This document shows, piece by piece, positions 31,716 through 44,696 of a stretch of DNA of 64,000 nt (positions within the stretch are counted from its first letter, which is position 1; each line of letters opens with the position of its first letter). Location: positions 1 through 64,000 of IMG/VR virus record IMGVR_UViG_3300042923_000569; one strand, 5' to 3'. Under the pieces are notes generated by a model, which saw only the letters and a program-made list of their open reading frames with translations, did no database searches and was not told the origin of the DNA. A program made the position numbers and the translations under genes.

Positions 31716-32218
31716 TATTCACCAATTCCTAAAAATAAATCTTGGATTTTTTCATTTTCATCTGCAAAGTACACACATGGTGGATTTTTACCATTAAACA
31801 ACGGTACTGCAAGTAAATTTTTCTTTGGTAGCATTGGAATTTGCCATTTAGTAGTTAGTGTGAAAACACGAAGTACTTTTACTGTCTCATAACGTGGATA
31901 CATCGAGCGAATTGGGTTATAAACAAACGCACGAGGGTCTTTCATGTTTAAGATATTCTCAATGGTACACATTTCCATCATACCAGTATCTTCATCGCCT
32001 AGCAAAATCTGCCAGCCCAACGGTACTTGTACAACGTGATTGCCGATTTGTAAATCAGCACTAATACTGTTAAAAGAAACAGTATTGTGAATGTGTTTGA
32101 AATAATAATCAGCATCTTCTACTGAGCTTAAATCAAGTACACAATACATTTCTTCTGGAATGGTATCTGAAACCAAATCCATTTCAAAAGAGTAGTTTTC
32201 AGGTGTTAAAATATTCAT
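31715..32218 (-). CDS. Conserved beta-rich protein, possible degenerate Hint-like fold
   Basis: IGNHVVQVP..WQIL, V.V.RV..., NLLAVP spacing; no catalytic Cys1/His-Asn. Confidence 0.4.
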   Translation of the reverse strand: MNILTPENYSFEMDLVSDTIPEEMYCVLDLSSVEDADYYFKHIHNTVSFNSISADLQIGNHVVQVPLGWQILLGDEDTGMMEMCTIENILNMKDPRAFVYNPIRSMYPRYETVKVLRVFTLTTKWQIPMLPKKNLLAVPLFNGKNPPCVYFADENEKIQDLFLGIGE

Positions 32219-32226
32219 GTAAATCC

Positions 32227-32664
32227 TTAATAATAATTGTTGTCTTCGTCTTCATCGTCCTGATAATAATCTTCGTCATCATCAGTACAGCCGTAGAACT
32301 CCAATCCATAAGTTTCACATAATTCCTGAATTTTATCGACGTCAGTATCAAGATACACATCAAAATTACCAGATACGCTAATCACATCAATGTAGGATTT
32401 AGCATCAGTACTGGCATAGATAATGTCATATTTGTGTTCTTTGTCGAATTTAGCATCAAGTCGTGTTTTAATGTCGTAGATATTAACCCACGAATCATCA
32501 TCCGCTTGGCAGCGGTACACATAGGTGTCATCTGTTTCTAGATCCGGTATGTAATCAACCGAAAACACCATATCATCGATTAATGATTCCTCTGTTATTA
32601 GGGTATCAATAATCTCCAAAATTTCAGAATCGCCAATAAAGGCAAGACTAGATCGAAGTTCCAT
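32227..32664 (-). CDS. Highly acidic hypothetical protein
   Basis: About 42 D+E vs about 9 K+R in 145 aa (hand count). Confidence 0.65.
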   Translation of the reverse strand: MELRSSLAFIGDSEILEIIDTLITEESLIDDMVFSVDYIPDLETDDTYVYRCQADDDSWVNIYDIKTRLDAKFDKEHKYDIIYASTDAKSYIDVISVSGNFDVYLDTDVDKIQELCETYGLEFYGCTDDDEDYYQDDEDEDNNYY

Positions 32665-32715
32665 TTCAAAATTCCTTTTGTTCCATATGCCTATATTATA
32701 TCACAAATTTTATTT

Positions 32716-34200
32716 TCATTCCATATTTTCCCAATCAGAAACGATAGTTTGTTCATATGGGTATTGTACTTCATTGTAATATGCAATACGTTCTCGTTGG
32801 TGCTTAGCACTGTACTTATTAGAACCTGAAATATCAAAAATCTCTACGTGATCTTTATCTTCTGCACGGCGTAATCCACGTCCAATACTCTGAATAGTCC
32901 TTACAAAACTCTTACCGGGTTCAATGAGTACTACATTATATAAACGACTGATACTAATACCAGTACTTGCAACACCATAGGTAGCAATAAGTATTTTGTT
33001 ATCAGCCCAACGAATTTCACCATATGAAGCTTCACGATCTTTCTTCTTTGTCTTACCCCTAACAAACTCGGTAACTGGAATTCCTAAGAATTCACATAGT
33101 AGTTCCCCAGCTTCCAATCTATCTACTAGTACTAACGTGTTACCAGTTTCTGCAATAGCAGCTATGAATGTAGCAATATACTGCATTCTTGCTCTATCAG
33201 TAACTAGGTACTTTAATTCTTCCTGATAGTTAGAAAACTTCATCTTACTTTGCATCTTAATACAGTTAACGTTACATGTACTAAGAATCTTTTTATCTTG
33301 AAGTTCTTTTGCTGAGATTGTATAAATTATGTCACCAACATTACACTTAATCTTAGCTGCTAGTACTGGATCTTTTGGAATAGTACCAGTTAAACCCCAG
33401 CGTAACGGAATATTACACATGACCTGTCCAAGTACTGCATGTAGTGCTTCTGCTGCACTGGTATGTGCTTCATCTACAATAACTGCAATAACTCCACTGA
33501 TAAAGTCATTAACATCCTGTTCAGTTAGTTCTAGTTCACCCTTTTTGGTTTTCTTCCATAGGGAGTTAAGTGACTGCCATGTAGTAATAGTATGTTGGTG
33601 ATTAAGTTCTTTTTTATCACCATAGAACACACCAGCATCAAGACCACACATTTCATAGTCATTATATGTCTGCTGAACAAGATCTTTGTTAGGTACGATG
33701 ATAATACTTCTTCCGTACTTCTCAACACTTTTAGACATTGCAGCAGTAATTAGTGTTTTACCAGAACTAGTACTTGCTAATAGCAATCCATGTGGATTTC
33801 TTAGACACGCATTTACAGCATTTACCTGGTGTTCACGAAGGATTATTTTTTCACCTTCCATGTGGTGACCAGCAGGAAATTCTACATAATCGAAAATATT
33901 CTCATCAATTTCTTCAAACTCAAAGTTATGTTGAATACGTTGATCTTCGATATCGATCATTATGTTATGTTTTTCAAGAATAGGTAGTAATTGCTCTAAC
34001 ATATGATAGCTAGTAGCACCACCGATGTTCATAAAGTTCACTTTACCATCCCAGCGGCCCATTCTTCCCGCTGGGGTAAATTTTGCATATGGTAGTGTGA
34101 ATGAAACCTTACGAATCATTTCTTGACGAATATTAGGGGCAAGCCCCTCAAATTTACAGTTAACTTCATCCTGAAGAATTAACTTACAAGTTCCACTCAT
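32716..34200 (-). CDS. uvsW: UvsW-like SF2 helicase
   Basis: LREHQ, TSSGKT, VDEAH, GLTGT, ATYGVASTGISI, QSIGRGLR. Confidence 0.93.
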   Translation of the reverse strand: MSGTCKLILQDEVNCKFEGLAPNIRQEMIRKVSFTLPYAKFTPAGRMGRWDGKVNFMNIGGATSYHMLEQLLPILEKHNIMIDIEDQRIQHNFEFEEIDENIFDYVEFPAGHHMEGEKIILREHQVNAVNACLRNPHGLLLASTSSGKTLITAAMSKSVEKYGRSIIIVPNKDLVQQTYNDYEMCGLDAGVFYGDKKELNHQHTITTWQSLNSLWKKTKKGELELTEQDVNDFISGVIAVIVDEAHTSAAEALHAVLGQVMCNIPLRWGLTGTIPKDPVLAAKIKCNVGDIIYTISAKELQDKKILSTCNVNCIKMQSKMKFSNYQEELKYLVTDRARMQYIATFIAAIAETGNTLVLVDRLEAGELLCEFLGIPVTEFVRGKTKKKDREASYGEIRWADNKILIATYGVASTGISISRLYNVVLIEPGKSFVRTIQSIGRGLRRAEDKDHVEIFDISGSNKYSAKHQRERIAYYNEVQYPYEQTIVSDWENME

Positions 34201-34208
34201 CCTTGAGT
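34195..34208 (-). promoter_or_regulatory. ACUC-AAGGAU-GAGU hairpin overlapping the uvsW AUG (CANGGANG)
   Basis: Perfect 4-5 bp stem, GGA in loop, start codon in the 3' arm. Confidence 0.5.
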
Positions 34209-34222
34209 CCTTATTTTATTTC

Positions 34223-35068
34223 TTAGTGCGGTTGTTCATCCAATGTAATCGAACCGTCTTCCATTCTGCGTGTAATTTCAGTTTCTACTGTATACGCTAG
34301 ATCAGCATCAAAGTTTGGCATATTAGAATTTAGTACATCCATATTCATAATCATCCACATTAGATAATTCTGAGGTACTTCTTCCATTAACATTCCTTTG
34401 TGCTTACCAATAGTCATTACACTGTATAGGATTGGAGTATTTGCTAGTGCAACTACTTGTGAACCAATTTCCATACTGGTATCAATTAAACCACGTTCAA
34501 TCGCTATATTTACTAAGTGTACAAGTACCTTATATGTCATATATACATCATCTTCAGCACTGTGTGGTACAATTTTACGAGTACATGTTGTATGTAACCC
34601 AAATTTAAACCACAAGAAGCTTAATGTTAGGTTTTTAAACTCAGGGTCTTCAGCAAATAGTTTCTTTGCAAGTTTTAGTGTACAAATCCAACGGCTATCA
34701 TCAACAAACGGTGCAAATTCCGTTGCATCAACACGTTCACTGTTTTTAAGTAGCATTCTACGGTCAAACTGCACATTGTGTCCTACAAAGTACTGTTTTA
34801 GTTCAAAGAATGGATAAAACTCATTATGTCCATCAGCATAAGTTTCATGTCCAACTAAATCTTCTTCAGTAATGAAATGAATAGCAGATGCGTCGGCAGG
34901 AATACCATTTACTGGTTTAAAACGTTCGGTGTAATTTACCATATCCTCAAACGAATCATTTGAACTATTAGGAAATGACGCACTGAATTCAATAATTTCA
35001 GATACATCATCTACACCAGTAGTTTCAGTGTCAAGTACTATAATATTGTTAAAAAAGTCTTCTAGCAT
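34223..35068 (-). CDS. DEDDh 3'-5' exonuclease (ExoX/DnaQ-like) with C-terminal GK(H/Y)KG domain
   Basis: LDTETTG, GHNVQFD, CTLKLA, HSAEDDV, IGKHKG..EEVP..YL.W; start moved to MLEDFF. Confidence 0.88.
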   Translation of the reverse strand: MLEDFFNNIIVLDTETTGVDDVSEIIEFSASFPNSSNDSFEDMVNYTERFKPVNGIPADASAIHFITEEDLVGHETYADGHNEFYPFFELKQYFVGHNVQFDRRMLLKNSERVDATEFAPFVDDSRWICTLKLAKKLFAEDPEFKNLTLSFLWFKFGLHTTCTRKIVPHSAEDDVYMTYKVLVHLVNIAIERGLIDTSMEIGSQVVALANTPILYSVMTIGKHKGMLMEEVPQNYLMWMIMNMDVLNSNMPNFDADLAYTVETEITRRMEDGSITLDEQPH

Positions 35069-35084
35069 TGTATTATTTTGTCCT

Positions 35085-35115
35085 AAAAAACAAAAAGGAC
35101 GCAATAAGCGTCCTT
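35085..35115 (-). terminator. Terminator after uvsY
   Basis: AAGGACGC/GCGTCCTT plus T-rich run. Confidence 0.75.
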
Positions 35116-35120
35116 AAAAA

Positions 35121-35585
35121 TTAATCTAATCTTGCGTCTTCGATGCCTGCTGTTCTCAATCGAACAATATTGTTCAACTGGAATGCTTTCATCTCTAACG
35201 ATTTTACTACGCCTGCTAATTGATTCCGAATATATGACACATCAGCTATCAATTGCGATAACGCCACAACATCAGGATCGCCATCAACATATTTCTTACA
35301 GTCTGCACTTGAAAGAGCACGTTTGTAGTGCTCTAAGAATGTTTTAAACTTTTCAGATTCGAGTTGTCTCATTTCTATTTCTAGAATTTCGAGTACTGCC
35401 TCTACTTGTTGAAATTGGCTGAAGCGTAATTCATGGTATGCAGGCAACTTTTGAGCAATTTGTTCAATTAAACCTATTTGTTTAATCTCACGGCGAGCTT
35501 CTTCAAGTTCTTCTTCGAAGAATTCAACCATGTCAAGTATTTTGGATTTATCATCTTTAATAATCCAGTGCCATGCCTTAGCCAT
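35121..35585 (-). CDS. uvsY: UvsY recombination mediator
   Basis: Helical, KYVDGD, K..E.K.FQL.NIV.LR.AG; follows uvsX. Confidence 0.75.
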   Translation of the reverse strand: MAKAWHWIIKDDKSKILDMVEFFEEELEEARREIKQIGLIEQIAQKLPAYHELRFSQFQQVEAVLEILEIEMRQLESEKFKTFLEHYKRALSSADCKKYVDGDPDVVALSQLIADVSYIRNQLAGVVKSLEMKAFQLNNIVRLRTAGIEDARLD

Positions 35586-35587
35586 TA

Positions 35588-36724
35588 TTATTCTCCGGTT
35601 AGTTCTTCGTCTGGTGTTTCAACATCAAGACCGAAATCTTCATCGCCCTTTTCTTCTTCAGGGACATGTGAGATTAATGGATGACGAACGAATTGTTCCA
35701 TTACTAAATCTAGACAATCAGATTCATTATTCATCCAACCTTTACGATATAGTAGAATTTGCTCACCAGTATCAATATCAACATATGATAGACGGTTTCC
35801 TGATTTCTCAATTAGGCCGTACTTCTCAAACATGTCAAGAAGACCACTGCGAGGATTCATACCTTTATCCCAAGGAATTTTGATTTCCACATCTTCAAAT
35901 GGTTTGTTGTAACGTGTTTTCATGACTTTACATTTAGAACGAATACCACTTACATCAGAAGTTTTATTACCATCTTCATCTTCTTTTAGTTTTAGTTTAC
36001 CCATCGCAACAACGATTGAGGAAGCGTATACTAAACCAGAACCACCACTGATTTTAGGATCAGGACTGAACATATCTTGGCTTTCATATGAGTGGTTTAC
36101 ACATACCATTCCCATATTCAATGCACCAATACTGTTTACACAGTTAGTGATGAATGCTTTTAACTGCTTAGGTTTATGACCCATGTCACCTTTTAGATTA
36201 CCCGCTTTCATTTGATCGTTAGCAATTTCAGTATTCAACATACCGATACTATCAATAATGAATAGAACTTTTTGACGTTCATCACGTGGTACATCTTCGT
36301 ATTCTTTACGATAACCTTCAATGAATTCATAAGTGAATTTAGCAACGTCGCCAATCATACCCATGTTCATTTTAAGTAGTTTTTCAGGTGAGGTATCTAC
36401 ACCAAGTGCCTGAAGCCATTCTGAATCCAATGCGTTCTCAGAGTCGATTATAACTACAAAAATGCCTTGTTTCTGTGCTTCACGAGCAATATTACCAGAT
36501 ACGATGAATGATTTACCGGAACCGGATTCACCAGCAAACATTGTTACTTTGCCAAGTGGAATGCCCTTTTTAAAATCGCCACTAATACGGTAATTAAGTG
36601 CGAAGTTACCAGTACTAACCCAAGTATCAGGATCGTGGAATCCAATACTTACACCAGAGTTCTTTTTAACTGAGGCGGTACTGTTTTTAATAATGCTTGC
36701 AAGACCTGCTGAAAAATTCTTCAT
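35588..36724 (-). CDS. uvsX: UvsX/RecA recombinase
   Basis: STGN.ALN, GESGSGKS, DSENAL, IDSIG, SGGSG..Y.SS, KTRY. Confidence 0.95.
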   Translation of the reverse strand: MKNFSAGLASIIKNSTASVKKNSGVSIGFHDPDTWVSTGNFALNYRISGDFKKGIPLGKVTMFAGESGSGKSFIVSGNIAREAQKQGIFVVIIDSENALDSEWLQALGVDTSPEKLLKMNMGMIGDVAKFTYEFIEGYRKEYEDVPRDERQKVLFIIDSIGMLNTEIANDQMKAGNLKGDMGHKPKQLKAFITNCVNSIGALNMGMVCVNHSYESQDMFSPDPKISGGSGLVYASSIVVAMGKLKLKEDEDGNKTSDVSGIRSKCKVMKTRYNKPFEDVEIKIPWDKGMNPRSGLLDMFEKYGLIEKSGNRLSYVDIDTGEQILLYRKGWMNNESDCLDLVMEQFVRHPLISHVPEEEKGDEDFGLDVETPDEELTGE

Positions 36725-36744
36725 ATTTTTCTCTCCATGAAATG

Positions 36745-36769
36745 ATTAAGGCCAATCCTTGGCCTTAAT
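36745..36769 (-). promoter_or_regulatory. 11-bp hairpin with AGGAU loop in the gp32-uvsX spacer
   Basis: ATTAAGGCCAA-GGA-TTGGCCTTAAT; no sense-strand U-tract. Confidence 0.55.
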
Positions 36770-36786
36770 TTTTTACTTACTACTTA

Positions 36787-37827
36787 TTAGCCGCCTTTAG
36801 CTTTTAGCTTAGCAACTAGCTCGGCTGGAGATAGTTTAGCGGTGGTAGCTGCTGGAGTTGCTGCTTTAACAGGTTCTACAGGAGCAGATTCAACAGCGGC
36901 TGGTTTAGTTTCAGCTACTACTGGAGTAGATGGAACTGAAGCAGTTTGTGCTGCTGGAGTAGTTGGAGCGGTAGTGCTTGAACCAGTTGCTGGTTTTTGA
37001 ACGCCTGCTGGACGATAGAACTCAGCCCAACGTGCAGGATCGTATGCTTCACCGTTACAAGATGCTTCGAACATCTCACGAATCGCATTCAATTCTTCTG
37101 GAGTTGGTTGTTTTGGCATGAATTCACTTAGAGTGAATAGACCATATTGTTCAATCGCTTCTAGTTCATCACCGTTTAGTGGACGCTCGGAGAATTTGAA
37201 CTGAGATGAGTCATAGGTATTGAAACCACCACCATTTTTAGTCTTGATTACACGGAAATCACGTCCATGCTGATAATCAGTTGGTAGTTCTGCCACATCT
37301 GGATTCAAAATGATAGATTTGATTTTTTCAAACAAATCTTTGTTCACTAGAACACGGCGAATTGGGTTTTCAGGTGCGTTGTCGTCTTTAACTTCAACTG
37401 AGCCTGGTGCAATCATGCATTGGAATAGATAAGTTTTCTTTTTCCAGTACTGTGATGCTTGTTTAGATAGATCTTCGTTACCTGTCTCTTTAGCCACTTT
37501 ATACCACTGACGAATCTCGGTAAGAATAGGACAAGAGTTTGGAACCCACATTTCGTTGCATGGAACTTGTAGACGTACTTTATCAGTGTGTACACCTTTC
37601 ACGCCGTTGAAAGTAAGATTAATCATCTCACGCTCACGCCAGAAGTAAGTGTTATTCTGATCTGCGTCTGGTAGAAAACGTAGATTTAGATCTTGGTTTT
37701 CAGGAATGTTCCAGAACGCTAGAAATGCGTCAGGTTGACCATTTCCGGTAAAGGTTCCGCTTTTTGCTGCTTCAGCTTTTGCCGCTTCAGCCGCTAGTAA
37801 TGCACGAATTTCTGCTAATGATGCCAT
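36787..37827 (-). CDS. gp32: Single-stranded DNA-binding protein (start moved to MASLAE)
   Basis: LRFLPD, CPI......W, KK.YLFQ, PTDY..G.DF...K..., Y..S.F; SD AAGGA. Confidence 0.88.
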   Translation of the reverse strand: MASLAEIRALLAAEAAKAEAAKSGTFTGNGQPDAFLAFWNIPENQDLNLRFLPDADQNNTYFWREREMINLTFNGVKGVHTDKVRLQVPCNEMWVPNSCPILTEIRQWYKVAKETGNEDLSKQASQYWKKKTYLFQCMIAPGSVEVKDDNAPENPIRRVLVNKDLFEKIKSIILNPDVAELPTDYQHGRDFRVIKTKNGGGFNTYDSSQFKFSERPLNGDELEAIEQYGLFTLSEFMPKQPTPEELNAIREMFEASCNGEAYDPARWAEFYRPAGVQKPATGSSTTAPTTPAAQTASVPSTPVVAETKPAAVESAPVEPVKAATPAATTAKLSPAELVAKLKAKGG

Positions 37828-37909
37828 TTTTGATTTCCTTATCAATTTGCTTCTTGGTTTCTTTGTTTAATTTGCTTATTGTCGCCAGCTTCATGCCGTT
37901 GACTTTCAT

Positions 37910-37938
37910 ATTATACCACAATATTTCGTGGCGTTTCA
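37910..37938 (-). promoter_or_regulatory. TGAAAC-class promoter P1 of gp32
   Basis: TGAAAC-17-TATAAT, TGg. Confidence 0.8.
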
Positions 37939-38039
37939 TTTTTCTCTACTATACACAGGTAAAATACCTAAAGTACAATAAAATAAAATGGCTTTTAAGT
38001 CTGTGCTGACTATATCTGAGTTGCCTCAAATCTATTTAC

Positions 38040-38068
38040 ATTATACCACAAAAAGGTATAACGTTTCA
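38040..38068 (-). promoter_or_regulatory. TGAAAC-class promoter P2 of gp32
   Basis: TGAAAC-17-TATAAT, TGg; flanked by TAAATA on both sides. Confidence 0.8.
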
Positions 38069-38087
38069 TTTATTTAACGGAGGGGGC

Positions 38088-39389
<1,302 letters not shown>

Positions 39390-39406
39390 TCAAATCTGTA
39401 TAGATA

Positions 39407-39412
39407 TATTTA
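39407..39412 (-). promoter_or_regulatory. Late-type TAAATA-N4-TATAC
   Basis: 30 nt before ATG. Confidence 0.55.
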
Positions 39413-41122
<1,710 letters not shown>

Positions 41123-41150
41123 CTAGTTTACCCATGCGGGTTTTCTAGAC

Positions 41151-41156
41151 TATTTA
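41151..41156 (-). promoter_or_regulatory. Late-type TAAATA for terL
   Basis: CTAAATA 40 nt before ATG. Confidence 0.5.
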
Positions 41157-41179
41157 GCAATTAAAAAAGTAAAAATTAG

Positions 41180-41695
41180 TTACGATGATCTAACAGTTAC
41201 AACTCTGTTATACATAAATGCATGATTTTTAGGTATTTCATAATTATCAACAAAAATATATTCAAAATTCCTTCCACGTAATCCATTTTCTACATCTTGA
41301 ATAAAATAAATCTTAGAATTATTAGAGAAAGTGAATGTATTTGAGGTACGTTGTTCAAGAGTAATAAATCTTTGGTCTTCTGGTAGACGTTCTTGGAATT
41401 TATCAAATAATTCATTAATAATATCAAAATTATATCTAAAGATACTATATGACTTTCCACAAAGTGCCACATTAATATTTTTATTGAATAAAACTGTCCA
41501 TAATGCAGCTATCATAATTGTTGTTGTAGTTCCATCACCACGATTTGTAATAATTTCGTAATGGTCTGAATGATCCATATTAATAATATGGTTCATATCA
41601 TTCATTTGATGTTCTCTAAGACATATTTCTAGATATTCTTCTATAAAATAGAAAATAGTTTGTCTACAAATTTCATATTCTAATGCATAATTCAT
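41180..41695 (-). CDS. Truncated, degenerate terminase-ATPase paralog (pseudo-ATPase)
   Basis: Colinear with TerL N-domain: YFIE, HQ, NRGDGTTT, LW..LFN, FSNNSKI, LRG, IFVDNY. Confidence 0.75.
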   Translation of the reverse strand: MNYALEYEICRQTIFYFIEEYLEICLREHQMNDMNHIINMDHSDHYEIITNRGDGTTTTIMIAALWTVLFNKNINVALCGKSYSIFRYNFDIINELFDKFQERLPEDQRFITLEQRTSNTFTFSNNSKIYFIQDVENGLRGRNFEYIFVDNYEIPKNHAFMYNRVVTVRSS

Positions 41696-41705
41696 AATCT
41701 TCCTT

Positions 41706-41730
41706 AAAAAGTACCGTCAAGTGACGGTAC
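41706..41730 (-). terminator. Terminator before the pseudo-terminase gene
   Basis: GTACCGTCA/TGACGGTAC plus T5. Confidence 0.65.
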
Positions 41731-41739
41731 ATAGTACTA

Positions 41740-42239
41740 TTAAATCTGTTTTTGTGTATATGTTAGGTCCATATAAGTCTTAAATGGTCCATATAGTGCT
41801 TCAGTATTGTTTCGTTCGTTGTAAATATCGATACTTAGAGTTAAACGAGGAAGATATGTTCCATTTTCACTACGAACCAACCACCAGCCAGGATAAAAAC
41901 GCTTTTTAGAGCGTGTACTTTTCCTGAAAGTACCGATACCTAATGGATCATCATATAAAATATCAATAATAGTGTCTGTATCATTAATCGGATAGTCGCC
42001 TAATGCTTTTGATGCATTGGTCGAATCAGTCACTACAATTTCTGCATATGTGAATGTTTCATTAAGTAATTCTTCAAGTTCTGAAATAGTTTTGAATTTC
42101 AATATTCCAGTACTGGTAAAGAACTCTAAACCTGTACGTTCGGTAGTACCTTCATCATAATTAACTAGAATACCCATCTTTTCACCAGTATTAGTTTCAA
42201 CAATAAATGAATATTCAGTTAGTACTTTAAGAATTGCCA

Positions 42240-42240
<1 letters not shown>
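41740..42240 (-). CDS. Conserved hypothetical protein
   Basis: TAATG-coupled to rnh; KS..Y.PGW, YGPFKT. Confidence 0.65.
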
Positions 42241-43286
<1,046 letters not shown>

Positions 43287-43363
43287 GAAAACAAATAAAT
43301 AATTGCATATAAACACTTTACATCATTTTTTATTCGTTATTAATACCAACGAAATGAAAATGA

Positions 43364-43392
43364 TAAATAACATTAAGCAGGCAAAAGCCTGC
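43364..43392 (+). promoter_or_regulatory. Late-type TAAATA followed by a 5' stabilising hairpin GCAGGC-AAAA-GCCTGC
   Basis: Upstream of a highly biased-codon structural pair. Confidence 0.55.
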
Positions 43393-43417
43393 ACCAAATT
43401 AGACAAGGAGATTTCTT

Positions 43418-43978
43418 ATGAGTCTTAATTCTTTTGATCGTAACTATGGTATGTCTGCTAATAGTCGCGAATATTGGGGTGGTAATAACGGTTTCGTTAC
43501 TGTTGTTGTTTCTCTACCAGCCGATGTTGAAATCGGTGTATCAACAGTAGCATTCGATGGTACTGAACTTGGTAATAACGCTGCTCAAACAGCACTATCT
43601 GCTGCTGAAAAGAACCAGTTCATCATCGCACAAGCTCTTGCACAACGTGCGGTTCTAGTAACTACTTCTGCCCTATCTACTTCAGTAAATCCTACTGCTG
43701 CTGGATTCGGAACAGTCGGTGGAAACGTTATCGCTTTCGGTTCTGCTGGTACTCTTGCTACTAATTCTTTCGGTATTACTTACATTGTTGAACGTCAAGA
43801 CGTTTTCACTAAACAAGAAAACAAACCTGGTTCTACTTATGCTCTAACTGTAGATCCTGCTGCTGAGATTGCTGCAAATCTAGCACAAGCTGGTGTATTC
43901 CAGAAGAAAGATGGTACTCCTGCTGCTGCTGCCGGTGTTGCAATTAAAGTATTTGCTGCACTACCAGTACTACTATAA
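43418..43978 (+). CDS. Ala/Thr-rich abundant structural protein (paralog 1)
   Basis: Strong codon bias like the MCP; QRAVL, ITY.VER..VF, AIKVF. Confidence 0.65.
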   Translation: MSLNSFDRNYGMSANSREYWGGNNGFVTVVVSLPADVEIGVSTVAFDGTELGNNAAQTALSAAEKNQFIIAQALAQRAVLVTTSALSTSVNPTAAGFGTVGGNVIAFGSAGTLATNSFGITYIVERQDVFTKQENKPGSTYALTVDPAAEIAANLAQAGVFQKKDGTPAAAAGVAIKVFAALPVLL

Positions 43979-43993
43979 TAAGAGGAATATAAT

Positions 43994-44650
43994 ATGTTAG
44001 AACGTATTAATGGTTTCTCCGAAAGTGGTGTTTTGGGTTATTTCTACGGAAAAAATGCCCTAGTTTCAATCGCTATCGGTGGTGCATCTGATGTTGTTGT
44101 TAAGGTTACTGGTGCTGTATGTTCTTTCGTAGAACTTCAACGCTTCCTTAATACCGAAGATGCTGATGTAATTGTCGCATTCCTAAATGACAAAAACGTT
44201 GTTCGTGTTGACGGTACTGATTTCGTAGTTGGTACTCTAGCTGCTGATTATACCGCTGCTTATGCTGCTCAAACTAACGTTAAACGCGTAATTGACATTG
44301 TTCAACAACGTGCTGTTATCCTAAGTACTTCACTAACTGCACAAGACGTTGCTGTTGCTGGTTTCAAAAATGCCCCTGCTGGTGTTTCTGCGGCTGCTTC
44401 TGTAGCTGATGCAAACGTGATTACTTTCCTAGTAGAACGTGCGAATGTGTTTGATAAAGATCTTACTTCATTCCAAGGTGTTCCAGATGGTACAATTGAT
44501 GAAGGTCGTCTACTAATTGATGATCTAACTGCTGTTCCAATGCTTTCAGCTACTGCTACTGAAGTGATTCTTGCTTCTTCTGCAACTGCTGCTGCGGCTG
44601 GTAACTTTGCGATTAAAGTGTATAAGGCTATTCCAGCACTATCAATTTAA
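43994..44650 (+). CDS. Ala-rich abundant structural protein (paralog 2)
   Basis: QRAVI, ITF.VER..VF, AIKVY. Confidence 0.65.
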   Translation: MLERINGFSESGVLGYFYGKNALVSIAIGGASDVVVKVTGAVCSFVELQRFLNTEDADVIVAFLNDKNVVRVDGTDFVVGTLAADYTAAYAAQTNVKRVIDIVQQRAVILSTSLTAQDVAVAGFKNAPAGVSAAASVADANVITFLVERANVFDKDLTSFQGVPDGTIDEGRLLIDDLTAVPMLSATATEVILASSATAAAAGNFAIKVYKAIPALSI

Positions 44651-44662
44651 TAGAATAAAAAG

Positions 44663-44696
44663 AAAAGGGAGAACATTATATGTTCTCCCTTTTTTT
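44663..44696. terminator. Bidirectional terminator
   Basis: AAAAGGGAGAACA/TGTTCTCCCTTTT between convergent genes. Confidence 0.9.

Noticed and set aside
32695-32723. Twelfth TGAAAC-class promoter
   Set aside because: Good extended -10, but the hexamer at 17 bp is TGGAAT; counted only as a possible variant.
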